From the NCBI GenBank assembly GCA_977020255.1, contig CDROCS010000757.1, forward strand, positions 62,001 to 126,000: a DNA stretch of 64,000 bases, given 5' to 3'. Positions 25,030 through 37,226 of this stretch are shown one piece after another. The notes beneath the pieces are model-generated. The model saw nothing but the letters and a program-made list of their open reading frames with translations, did no database searches and was not told where the DNA came from. The position numbers and the translations under genes are program-made. How positions within the stretch are numbered: position 1 is the stretch's first letter; every line of letters starts with the position of its first letter. This stretch comes from Obrimoposthia wandeli. Its lineage: Eukaryota.

Positions 25030-25998
25030 TGACACCAATTGTGTGAGAGGTTGAAATATTTGGAGAATAACGTCTCGTAAACGTTGTGGAATTGACAAGC
25101 ATACCTGTCGAATTGTGTCTTACGAAATAGCATAAAATATTTCACTAAATTTTGTGTTTATTGCTTCTGTAGACTTGCATGAACAGTTTTTGAGATATTT
25201 TTTACCAGAGCCCATATATTTTCAGTGGGGTTAAGTCTGGCCAATTTACAGGCCACGGTTGTAATAGTGGAATATTTGAGTTTAGGAAATATTGACTTGT
25301 TATGTGTGATTTATGAGGAGCAGCAGTGTCTTGCTGCACCATTCTGTCTCCTGGAAATGGAGTAAAGGCGGTTTGCAAGATTTCAATATACTTTAATGAG
25401 TTAACATTTCCATTGATATGCGTTACATGTCTCTCACCGCATCCCGAAATGAAGCCCCATAACTTTTCTTTTATCACAATAAATAAAGTTGAATACATAC
25501 CTTTTCTTAAATTGTGTATTGGGAGGTCTTCTAACAACAATTCTGTACCTATTACTGTTGTTTCGTCAGAAAATAAGACGTTTTTCCAATTTATATTCTT
25601 ATCATAACAAAATGTCTTAACAAATATTACCTTCTTTTTTTAGAAAAAACAGACGATCTTTTAGCCGTCCTTGCTAACAAATAAAGTCTTCTCATATGTC
25701 TTGACACGGTCCATTGAGAAACAACATTATATAAATCACATTCATTGATAACTTGACACGCAGATTTTCCCGGATTACTCATTATTGGCGTTTAATTCTT
25801 AACTTTTGAAGCTGGGTAAGTTTTTGTTTAGGCCCACTTCCCATTTTCTTTTTGAATAACCCATCTTTCTCGTACTTTTAAATAATCCTGTATACTGTAG
25901 ACTTCGCAATTATAAATATATCCGCAATATATAAATATGATTGACCACTTTTGTATATATTACATTATATTTTTTTTCATTAATGTGAGTTGAGGCAT
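25030..25998 (-). mobile_element. Tc1-family transposase pseudogene
   Basis: Contains the HTH-like IAKSTVYRII, then WKNVLFSDET, LWGFISGCG..NGNVNSLKYIEIL, QQDTAAPHKS and WPVNWPDLTP, ending SIPQRLRDVI. TIRs were not identified. Confidence 0.85.
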
Positions 25999-27023
25999 GA
26001 TTAAAAATTCAACTTAATTATACAAATTACTTTAATACGATCAATAGTTTTATAATTATGAATATACTATGTAGATTTTATAACGTAAGCATGATTTATA
26101 ACATCTTTACATTTTTTTACGCTCACTCAAATTTTAGTAATTAAAATTAATTATCTATTTATTTAAAACCAATCAAATAAAGTAAAATATAATAAATATA
26201 TATATATATATCATTTTAACACCTCATTATCTCCCAATTTGCCACAGTTTTATCTAAATAGATTATTAGTACTTATGAACAAAATATTGAATGAAAATTC
26301 ACAAATTATCGATAAATTAACTATACATTTGAACTATGTCGGTGGCCACTAAATGTTACCGTAAAATAAATAAATTCTAAGTTCAATTAATTTGAAAAGA
26401 AATGACAATGATAAATATCTAGTAATTCAAAGATCTAAATCGTGACAGTAATTTCCTAGTGTCTAAATCTAGGCTTTACAATAGTTTGCAATTACCAACA
26501 AGAAAGTTTATTAATATTGAAGATTTCAGAAGACACATCAGGAAGTTCATGTTTGGAATATGCTACAGTTAACTACTTAAAGTGGCTGATTTGTAGAGTG
26601 CCTTTGAAAAATAAGTCTTACAACTTTTAAGAAATTGGTACTATATTAAAAATATGTAATGTTATTAACCATTTTGGGATTAAAAGTTTATTATATTTAT
26701 AAAACCTGTGAAAATGGAACTTTATCATTTGTTTAAATGGTAATCAGTTTTGAAATATTGCAATAAAAAAAAGAATATTTAATTTAAAATTACAAAATAA
26801 TCACAATTTTTACATATATTTATTAATTATAAAATCTACTGAAAAATAAAATAATGTTAATATGCATAATAGAAAACAAATAGTGATATACAATGATTAT
26901 TTATATAATAATTATTAAATTTCAGAAATATCAAACAAAATGTATCAGAAAAAACATATTTAAAATTATTTTCATATGATTATTAACATAAATGACTTAA
27001 ATACTTTACCTTACTTAAAGGAC

Positions 27024-28753
27024 AGTAGGTACTTTGATGGAGTCTAGATCACTGGGGGGTCACCCTCTTGTGTGCGTACACCATGTTAAAGGGTGTCACT
27101 CCATAAGGGTGTCACACCATAGGGGTGTCACACCATAGGGATGTCACACCATACGGGTATATGTTGCCTTACCATAGGGGTGTCACGTTTCATAAGGGTT
27201 ATGTTGACTCACCATAGGGGTATCTTGCTACACCATAAGGGTCTGGCTCAGAAAGGTTATGAAGGTTTGAAGGTATGGTCGTGACCGTCTATGGTCGGCC
27301 AACATACCCAAGGTGTTGTGGTCGTTCATAGGTGAAAGGGTCGGACTCAGTTTTGACTTGAATGTTTGAAGGTATAATTAAGGTCTACTATGATTGTCCA
27401 TCACATCTAAAGGGCCATGGTCGGTCATAGATGAAGGGGTCAGGCTAAAGACAAAATCAAGTTTAAAATATCATGGTTGGAATTATCTTTAGAAGACGAA
27501 TTATTCCATAAAGATATAGTTGTTCATAGATGAAGGGTTTAAAAAAATTGGAATTTCATAGTTTCAAGTACATGGTTGTATTTGGCAACATATTACGAGT
27601 TTATTCATGTAAACATTTTATGGTCATCCACAAGTTAAGGGTCAGATTTGGAACAAACATGATAATTGTATTACATAGTTGTATTTGTCTATGAAAATTG
27701 AGTTCAAAGATACCCTTAAGGTCATGCATACTTTTAATTAAGAGGTCCTGGTGAAAAATACTTGTAATTTCAAAAAATAATATATTTTTAAATTTAAATT
27801 TGTGCCAAATTTTTTATGGTTTCTATTGATTTAATTAAACAAATTTTAATTTAACGGGTTTTTTTAAATAAAATATTAAAGGAACATTATTTAAAATAAA
27901 TATTAAGGAAAATGTTAATAAACTCAAATTACTTTACTAACAGTATTTTTTTCTTCTCATAAATATTTAAATTTATGCAAATTTTTATCCATTTTATTAA
28001 TGTAATTAAACAATTTTGTTTAATAAAATTAAGATTTCCTGGTGGAAAAAAAACTTGTAATTTTGTTTTATTCAAAATTAAATTTGTGCCAATTTAATTT
28101 GTTAGATATTATTAAAGTTAAACAAATTTTAATTTATCAGGTTTTTAAATAAAATATTAAAGTACCAAACACATCTATAGTAATCAGTCAATTATTCTAT
28201 GTGAAAGTTAAAGTTCACTCTTATCAGTTAAGAAATGTATTACGTAATAATAATAATACACACTATTATATGTGAAAATTTAGATCAAAGTTTTTTCCCA
28301 GGCTTACGCATCTAAAGAATTATGGTAACATTTCTTTAATTAACTGTAATTATATGTCATGCATACTTTAAGGGGTCCTGGAAAAAAATACAAATACTTG
28401 TAATTTTCAAACAAATAAATATATATTTTTAAATTTAATTTGTGCCAAATTTTTCATTGTTTCTTTGATTTAATTAAACAAATTTGATTTTAAACATAAG
28501 TATCAAACAAATGTTAATTATAAAATAAAAGAAATAATTAATAATTTGATAAATATCATCTTACCACAAGTTATTCATCGAATCCATTGATCATATACCC
28601 TTATGGTGTGACACCCCTATGGTGAGGCAACATATACCCTTACGGTGTGACATCCCTATGGTGTGACACCCTTGTGATGTGACACCCTTTAACATGGTGT
28701 GCTCACACAAGGGGAACCCCCCAAGTAGTCTAGACTCCATCAAAGTACCTACT
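27024..28753. mobile_element. Non-autonomous Polinton/Maverick-type element, family B, 1,730 bp
   Basis: Both ends read AGTAGGTACTTTGATGGAGTCTAGA (25 bp identical, inverted). The 6-bp TSD AAGGAC is at 27018-27023 and 28754-28759. TIRs of about 160-210 bp contain CATAAGGGTGTCACAC arrays. The interior has about 100-bp (27320-27540) and about 320-bp (27720-28490) direct repeats and no ORF of note. Confidence 0.9.
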
Positions 28754-29499
28754 AAGGACAAACGTGACTTTACACAAAAAAGGTTTTGTTTTCCTTTTGC
28801 AATCGTTCTTCTAGATAAAACTTCTTTAAATTGGGCCTTAAGCGGCTTGAACCCATTTTTGAGACCTTTCTTTTTATTAAAATAATCAAATTCAGAATAT
28901 TCCGACAGATAATTCAATTGTTTAGTTTTGATGTTCTCGGGCTAGCGGAAATAGGAGGAAAATTATGAAAACTATAAATTACAATGAATATTACGGCATA
29001 ATGTGTCGATTATCTTTGAAGTAGAGCAACGTTCGAGATTCGTCTGATTGATTACCTGCAGTAATTCATGCACACCGAGTTGTATTTCCGAAACGAAAAT
29101 TTGCCCCTTAATTGCAAACTAAGAACAGTAGAATGTATGGAAAATTATGAAATGGAAATTCCTTGCCTTTTATAACTAACAAGGTTCAATCGATTTTTCT
29201 TTAAAACAGGAAAATTCACTTTTCTATACGAGGTGTTTTTTCTTTTAACGATTGAGCGCATAGAGAGAGTTTTGAAACAAATGTTGAACTACGAAACGTT
29301 ATCACTGGCTTACATTTTCTGCAACTGTCTTGACAGGCTGTAAGGTAGTTTACACACAACCGAAATGATAAGTTACTGATATAATAATACAAAATCATGA
29401 CAAAAAGTTATGAAACGGAGAGCTAAGGAAATGATATAGGAACCGTAAAAGAGAAGAAAAACAATAAAACCAATGAGTTATAACTTAGAGTAAATCAAG

Positions 29500-29547
29500 A
29501 TGTCCGTGCTCACAAGTTGTACATTAGAAATCTGTGATAGCCAAATG
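29500..29547 (+). CDS. Weak candidate alternative first coding exon: MSVLTSCTLEICDSQM
   Basis: Acceptor-like TAACTTAG at 29488, ATG at 29500, and a phase-0 donor GTGAGG at 29548. It is short and could be chance. Confidence 0.25.
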
Positions 29548-29665
29548 GTGAGGTCTACTCCAATACATATACCCTCAAGTATCAGCTGAATATGACTTAC
29601 TGAATAATTTTATATTAAAACAAATAACATACTTGACCAAATAGTACGCCTAGATGGGTTAAAAC

Positions 29666-29791
29666 TTAAATAGTATGTCACGTTTTCATATCCAGGTTGC
29701 AGAAAATGTCATATGTACAGAAAAAATAAATTTACATATTTATCAATTAAATAGTATGTCACGTTTTCATATCCAGGTTGCAGAAAATGTC
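29666..29791. repeat. 45-bp exact direct repeat (29666-29710 and 29747-29791)
   Basis: TTAAATAGTATGTCACGTTTTCATATCCAGGTTGCAGAAAATGTC occurs twice, 36 bp apart. Confidence 0.9.
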
Positions 29792-30574
29792 CAGAATAAC
29801 CGCTTACATAAGTGAGCAGCATTTTCTAGCTTTTGAAATTTCATGAAATTTACGATAATATTAATTTTAAATACTAATAATAAATTTTAAGACGAATTTA
29901 TGCTTAACATTTACCATACATATTTTATTAAAAGAGAAATTAATAAATTATTTTTTTAAAAACCCTTTAGTTATAATAGCATTTAAACACAATTAAATTG
30001 ATCTTTTAGTTCAAAGTTTCTCAGTTTAAGCCAGTTTTTAACAGTTATACATAATTAGAATAATATCTTATTAAAAAACTTACTTTTATTTAAAAGTGAT
30101 ATTCATATATTCAAAGGGTACATAGTACTCTGTTAAATTTGGTATTGTTAAAATTAATATTTATAAGATCAAGTTTATATTTTATTGAATAAAATAAAAT
30201 AATAAATAATAGGAAAATTCTAATAATTGAAAATTTTATAATATTAGAATAAGAATCAAAATTTTGGACAATTCATTTCAATTCATCATTCTTCTTAAAG
30301 GCTACAACTTTTGTCATTCAGACGAGAACGAATACGAAGAGATACAGAAAATTCCTTTTTAAAGTCGACATTGCTGAGTCCGATGGTACTTAAATTATCA
30401 AATATGTGCAAGTTAAATTCTTGTTTTCTTTTTTCATCCGCATTTTGTTATCTCCTGTTAATCTACAATTTATTCTGTTCTGAGTATGATGCTACGGAGC
30501 AATTCAAAGCCTATTTAAGTTTAATTCCTCTTTCAGCACTAAAAATCGTCAATGAAAATTTTATATATTTATTT

Positions 30575-30890
30575 ATCCAACAACTGTGTGATCTTTGACA
30601 TAGCTCTTCTTCTCCGAGTCTTTTTTTATTCGTGGTATTGTGACTTCTAAAGCACATCTGAGATCATCTTCCACCAGAAATATATTTCTATATGTAGTTT
30701 TCTTAACTAAAACAGTTGCAAATCTTTACAAAGATACGCGAAAGAAAAAGGTAGAAACATGTGCAATTCAATATGAAGACATTTCCATTGAACAACAGAA
30801 CTTATTCAGTGTATTTGATTCGAATGTATCTTTAGCCGGATAATCGTTGTTCAGTTTTAAAAAAAATCAGCTTCAACTTATTCATCGATT
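30575..30890 (-). mobile_element. hAT Charlie/Buster transposase C-terminal remnant
   Basis: LNNDYP...FATVLVKKTTYRNIFLVEDDLRCALEVTIPRIKK..LCQRSH matches the Buster-type ending KTKYRxRLxVEDDLRxALS..PxI..L....SH. Confidence 0.65.
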
Positions 30891-31824
30891 TTTGAAACAA
30901 CACAAATAAACAAATTTCTGCTTAAGTCAAAACTTGGTTGATGGAAATATGGAAAATACCTATAGAAGTAAAGCTTCAAGTTTGAGTAATTGACCTAAAA
31001 TCTGTGTTAAATGGCAAAGATTTTCTGTATAAAAATAATTATATTAAAAAGTCTTATTTAAATAAAAAAGTTTAAAAAAATTTAATTTCGAAGTAAAAAA
31101 TTATATTAAGAAATATAAAATTACATTTAAAATTAATATTAATAAAACCATCAGAACTTTAAATATATCATATGAAATATTATTTTTAATCTGCATTACT
31201 TTTTTGTTAAAGTTTTATTTAAACAAAGATGAAATTTTCTTCCTAAATAAACTTATATTAATAGAAATTAAACTTTGGTTCCGCGTGGTTTAAATATTCT
31301 TAACTTATAAAATCAATATCAATTAAATTAATCATCATCATTGTTTCTTTGTTTTCTCCTGTATAATGCATACCAAAATCGATTATAAAATATTGTACAA
31401 TGCACATATTAAATCGAATTTAAAATGTTTTTCAATTGTTATTAAATTATTAAAATGGATATGAAACAAATATATTATGAAATTTAAGACATTTAAAATC
31501 AAATTTATTTTTTCTAAAGTTTATATGCACTAAATATTTCACATTTTTCAATATATACATAACCGTTTTATCAATAAAAACTCGATATACCACATCTTTC
31601 ATAATTATGTCATTCTTTAACACCAAATCTATTTATTAAAAATATACAATAAGCGTTTAGTTTATTAAAAAAGCATAAAAACAATACATTAAAAGTCATT
31701 TCAGTCATTTTTTAAATACACATGATATATTCGCGTCCGGAGGGCGTGAATTGTAGTCACTCTGATGGTGTGACTGGGGCTCCCAATATGCGTCGATTTT
31801 TTTGCGTGGGGACCCGCTTCCTCT

Positions 31825-31928
31825 TGTTGCTTTTTTCAAAATTTCACTCCACACACATGCACGGTTTTAAAGGACAGTGGTAGCCCCCTGGGGGAGGTGG
31901 TGCATTAGACCGGACATATCCACCTACT
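31825..31928 (+). mobile_element. Solo Polinton-type terminus, family A (right end)
   Basis: AAATTTCACTCCACACACATGCACGGTTTTAAAGGACAG...CATTAGACCGGACATATCCACCTACT; followed by AAAATA. Confidence 0.85.
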
Positions 31929-34149
31929 AAAATACTAAACTACAAAGTAAATATAATATAAAAAAAATCAAAATAAATATTAATAACTAAAAAAAAAAAT
32001 TGTATTGTCTGAAATTTTGAAAATTTGGGTACTTTAGAATACGTTTGCTATTTGCATTTTTGTTTGCTAAACATTGAGAAATGTAAAATATAAATATATT
32101 AAAAAATAATTATCTTTACGTGTGATATTGTGAACAAATTTCACAACGTTCTCGTGAGTACATGAAATAGCGTGGTGAAAAACGTTTTTCATTTTAAACC
32201 GAAAAACAGTAATTAGAAACAGAATTTCCTCATTTTTTAAATCGTTTTTTCTCCTTAAATAATTGTCTTTTTACACATGCATAATCTTTTGTGTCCTTTA
32301 AGTTTAAAAATGCTTGAATTGGGGAACACGTTTGTTGGTTTATAAAAATAACTAATAAATAAAATTTGAAAACGGCAAATCTTGAGTTTCTAACTCCATT
32401 TAATCAATCAAATTATGACAATATTTACTTGAGTAATCTATATTTAATCAAATTGTCTATGATTGTGTCAATGAGTTGAAACAGTTGAATAAATTTTCCA
32501 ATGAAAGCAATGAAACAAAATTGATTTTTCACCGGATTTAAACAGGTTACTCAAACGATTTTCCTCAATCTTCCTCAATATTCCTCAATACCAATCCACT
32601 GAAATCAGCGCTATTTTGCAATTTTAATTTCAGAAAATAGACCCAACATTGAAAATCGATTTTGTATTCTTTCTTCGACATTTTCTGAATCCCTCATTCA
32701 CTAGATTTCTCCAGCACAGACAGTCGACGTATTAAGCAGAAATTAACAGATGCATTTGCAGTTCTCTACGACACTTTTTCACTAAATCTAAATGACTGAC
32801 CTAATTTTCATTACCAGTATTTTTGTTTCGGTATCAATTTCAAATTATTATTAAAATTTCATTGAATACACTCGGTCAAACTGAATGCCATGAGTATAAA
32901 GATGAATTATATAACCTATAATAAAATGAAATTAACCACGATAGCAATATGATAAGTGTCGCTGACTCAGTAATTTTTGTATATTTTTAGAAATAAATTG
33001 GATTTTCCTTCAAATACACAAGAAAAGGTGAGACATTTATTTATATATATTAAATAACCCACTTAGCCGCCAACAATGTTTAAACATTGAATGAAAATTA
33101 GTAAAATATGATCATATTTGTTACTGAAGTGCAGGAATTTGGGAACCTGGATTGAAGATTGGATCATATCCACCATCTTGGTCATCCATTGATTCGTTGT
33201 AAGCTCGCTTTGAACTGGTTGTTGAGCAAAGAATGTGCCAGTCATCCCATCTTCCATATGCTCCAATCCAGGCCTCTTTGAGCTCAGGAGAGATTCTAGA
33301 TAAATCTTAAATATATATCGGAAAAATCTACATTAACTTATGTTTCCCTGAAAGGCAACATCTCCACCCTAACATCAGAGTTATGATCCTATAATTATTT
33401 TTTAAATATCATAATATAAATATAAAGTGAATCTTCAGAAACATTTGATAGTTCATCCTTTCATCGCTAGGGGATATATTCTCTATATTATCCTTGTATT
33501 TTAATCAAAACAACGGGACTATCCAATTTTATAAAACACTCTTTATAAAAAGTACCAGCACTTTTTGTTCTGTCCCTCATGCGTGTCCCAAAAACGGAAT
33601 GCAGTACAAGATCATGGAGGCAGTCGGAGACTTGTCATTGAATGTGTTGTATCGAGCCTGTTATAAATACTTACTTTGTTTTTGATTTGACTTTTGAAAG
33701 TGTATATAAAACTGATCCAAAATGTTCATGGAAATTGATAATCATATAATTCCTTTTTGGCCATCTTTTTTTATCAAATTGAATTTTATAACTGTGATAT
33801 TTAATATGATTGAGTGTAATTTACAATATCCTTTGTAATAATCAAAATACAAATCAGTTTCTTTTGTCAAACCAGTATAAACATCTAATCAATAAAATAA
33901 ATATTCTCAATCAATATGTAAATAATTAATTGCCAAATACTGCACAAAATTTTGAATTTTTTTCAAATTGGTATTTACAAACATAGTTAATGAAAATTTG
34001 TACTTTAAAGCATAATTTACCTTTTTTATAAGATACATATATATTTGCAACTATTTTTAATTGTAATTTCAATGTTTGGATACTATTTAAATTCATTTCG
34101 ACCTTTAATTTTAAGGTTAATTATTTTCGAAATATAAATAATTATCTTA

Positions 34150-34770
34150 TTCAATTATATGTCTGAAGAGTTAAAACCGAGCAATCAGTTTTAATGGCAC
34201 ATAGTATAGGAATGGAAAAAAACAATGCTTGTTATCCTATTAGAGAAACTAAACGTATAACCTACTCTTTAGGATTGGGTACACAAGCTTTTAATAAGGA
34301 TAACAATTTTGGTGATGTAAGATTGCAGAAATTTGTTTTAATTTCATTTCAAAAAACTTTACGGTTTCTAGGAAATTATACGACAGATGCAACTCAATTT
34401 GACAATCTTAATGGGGTTCAGTGACACTTTCAAAAAATATCGATTATCGTAAAACCTATAAAACAGATTTCGAAGGTAACGCTTATGCTTTGGCTTATAC
34501 GCAATATATTATTCAAAATTTGGTCAACTAGATAAAAATATAAACAATGGTATTTCTTTCACTGAGTTTAAAAGCAGCTGCCCCTTCTTCACATTTGTTT
34601 TGGCACCAGACTTTGATATAAACCAATGCCAACTACCAAAGGATGGAAATTTACGACTAGAAATTAAGTTCAATACAGCTTTAACACATCCTACTACGGT
34701 GCTTATATACGGAGTATTTGATTCAGAAATACAAATGAACAACAACAGATCTATTTGGTTAATATGGTGG
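34150..34770 (+). pseudogene. Polinton/Maverick (adintovirus-like) major capsid protein, C-terminal fragment, frameshifted
   Basis: Reads VLMAHSIGMEKNNACYPI..QAFNKDNNFG..FLGNY; KTDFEGNAYALAY; NGISFTEFKSSCPFFTFVLAPD..KDGNLRLEIKFNTALTHPTTVLIYGVFDSEIQMNNNRSI. This follows the recalled family pattern AKYPI..AFxGxY..YxxAY..GI..F.F.LTPD..GNLRLExKF..L....VIVYxEFx..IxIx.xR. Confidence 0.8.
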
Positions 34771-35677
34771 GTACAGAATAAAATTTGCAGTTAAAGAAAA
34801 TATGATAAACAATTTAATATATAATAGAATGTTTAATTTTAAAAAAAAATATTAAATTTAATAATAATCTATAGTTTTTTAAACATGTATTATTATACTA
34901 TTATTTTCTTCAGAACATATTTGTTAAAAGAACTATAAAGTCAAAGATAAAGTATAGTAAACATTATTTTATAAACGTCTAACTAATTGCAATAAATATT
35001 TTAAAAAGTAACTAAATATAACAATCATTTTAGTCGGCGCAATTTTTCATGGGGTTTATAAAAATTTATGGTAAATGAATTAGAATTATTTGGGAAAAAT
35101 TAACTAAAAAGACGATCTTATTTATATTTGATATTTTTTTATAATTGATCTAACTGCTATTTTCGATTTAAGGGATAGATTTATCAACAGGGTTTTGAGA
35201 GTCGAGTCTTTCACTATTCCAATTAAAATATTGCGCAAAATTGAATGATAGCTGCTAATTATAAAACATCAAACTATATTTTGGTATTTTAATTAAATTT
35301 CCCTATTTTGAAATGTCAGGTTATTTTATAAGATTGGTTCCTTGGAAAGTATATTTATTCAGTTTAATTAATAAGTACAGAAATATCCCAAAACCACTTC
35401 TATTTCCAGACAGAAGATGGCCCGAAATGAAATCTCATGAGGTTTGACATTTGCATCAGTAGAATATGATTTCATTTCTGCTTTAGAGGTCTACTTTCTT
35501 GTCGAAGAAATGTCAACATATCCGTCTATTTTTATATAACATTTAAGTAACCTATTGAATGACACTGTATAAGCCATTCCGTGTAACAAAACTAAAAATT
35601 GCCTAATTTAAATGTTTGAGGACAGTGTACATTCATCAGGAGTGTTTATTCTTTATAGAATCAGTCCAAACTGACGG

Positions 35678-35779
35678 ATGTTTGAAGGTATCAATTTTCG
35701 TAGTTCTCCTCGTATAATCCGTTTTGTTTGCTCAATTGAAAGAGTTAAAAGGTGTCGGGCAATTCGACAATTGCGTCAG
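35678..35779 (+). CDS. Candidate alternative first coding exon: MFEGINFRSSPRIIRFVCSIERVKRCRAIRQLRQ
   Basis: Acceptor CTTTATAG at 35658 and ATG at 35678 preceded by an in-frame stop. It is open for 102 nt and ends at a phase-0 donor CAG|GTACTC. Confidence 0.4.
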
Positions 35780-36651
35780 GTACTCGTTTACCCTCACATG
35801 TACAGTCGACTTCTACATTCGTGAACATTACGTGCACCTTTCAATCGATATCAATCAACCTCATCAGAAGTTTGAAAGCTCTAGTTAACATTTTTGGCAT
35901 TTGTATGAAATCATACGACTTCAATTTGATAATAAGATGAGTACGTTACATCCCCAGTACTTCTAACCATTCGCTTTATCAGATATAACTACGCTACAAA
36001 CGAGGGAAACTTCGGATCGTTCGGTTTGTCTTTAACCTCTTAAGTATGTTTGTCATCAATTTACATATCAGAACAGTTTTGGTCCTCCACCCCAATTTTC
36101 GCTGGTGTCAACCTCCCCACGTTTATCTGGTCTCCTTTCGATGAACATCTTCAACATTGATCTCAACCCAGTGGTCCAGAACATCAGCTTGGTCGTGAAA
36201 TATTGTCATACACAAACGATTTCACCATAATATCGATTTCTTCTGCACAACAATAGATCATGGTGAGTCGCACGGTTGACGCTGCGCGCTGGAGCAATCT
36301 TTGCAATACTGACAGGTTTTACTGTTATCTGGGAGTGCATTTCAAACCCATTAACCAAATATACAAACAGTGGCATTAGTAAAATTTTACCCTTCACTAT
36401 TGTTTTATCAAATCGATAAATTAATAACACAGTGCAACTTGAAAATAAGGAATAGTTTTGCATCCTAAATTCGACACAAATCATTCGAATGCACTATCGC
36501 GTCCAGAAATGCGACTTTCTTTGGTAATTTATACACATTTCTCAAACACTTATATACACTGCACAAACTCAAAGATATACCATTTGAAGCGTCATAAACA
36601 GATGAATCCGACAGATGAATACACTTCTTATTCTCGTCAAAGATTCAAGTT

Positions 36652-37226
36652 AGTAGGTACTTTGATGGAGTCTAGACCTCTTGGAGGGTCCCCCTTGTGT
36701 GCGCACACCATGTTAAAGGGTGTCACACCATAAGGGTATCACACCATAGGGATGTCACACCATAAGGGTATATATTACCTCACCATAGGGTGTCACACCA
36801 TAAGGGTATATGTTACCTCACCATAGGGTGTCACACCATAAGGGTGTCTCACCATAAGGGTGTCACGCCATAGGGATGTCACACCATAAGGGTATATGTT
36901 ACCTCACCATAGGGTGTCACACCATAAGGGTGTCTCACCATAAGGGTATATGTTACCTCACCATAAGAGTGTCACACCATAAGAGTGTCACACCAGAAGG
37001 TGTCACGCCATAGGGATGTCACACCATAAGGGTATATGTTACCTCACCATAAGGGTATATGTTACCTCAACATAAGGGTGTCACACCATAGGGATGTCAC
37101 ACCATAAGGGTATATGTTACCTCACCATAAGAGTGTCACACCATAAGAGTGTCACACCAGAAGGGTGTCACACCATAATGGTGTCACACCATAGGGATGT
37201 CACACCATAAGGGTATATGTTGACTC
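36652..37226 (+). mobile_element. Solo family-B Polinton-type left terminus with expanded subterminal minisatellite
   Basis: Begins AGTAGGTACTTTGATGGAGTCTAGAC, preceded by CAAGTT. About 510 bp of 15-23-bp units follow (CATAAGGGTGTCACAC, CATAGGGATGTCACAC, CATAAGGGTATATGTTACCTCAC), then an abrupt truncation. Confidence 0.88.

Noticed and set aside
31825-34770. Terminus at 31928 as the end of the element carrying the capsid gene
   Set aside because: The terminus is a right end, so its element lies to the left; the capsid fragment is outside it.
36715-37226. CRISPR-like regular array
   Set aside because: Units abut without unique spacers, the context is eukaryotic with no cas genes, and it is the subterminal minisatellite of family-B TIRs.
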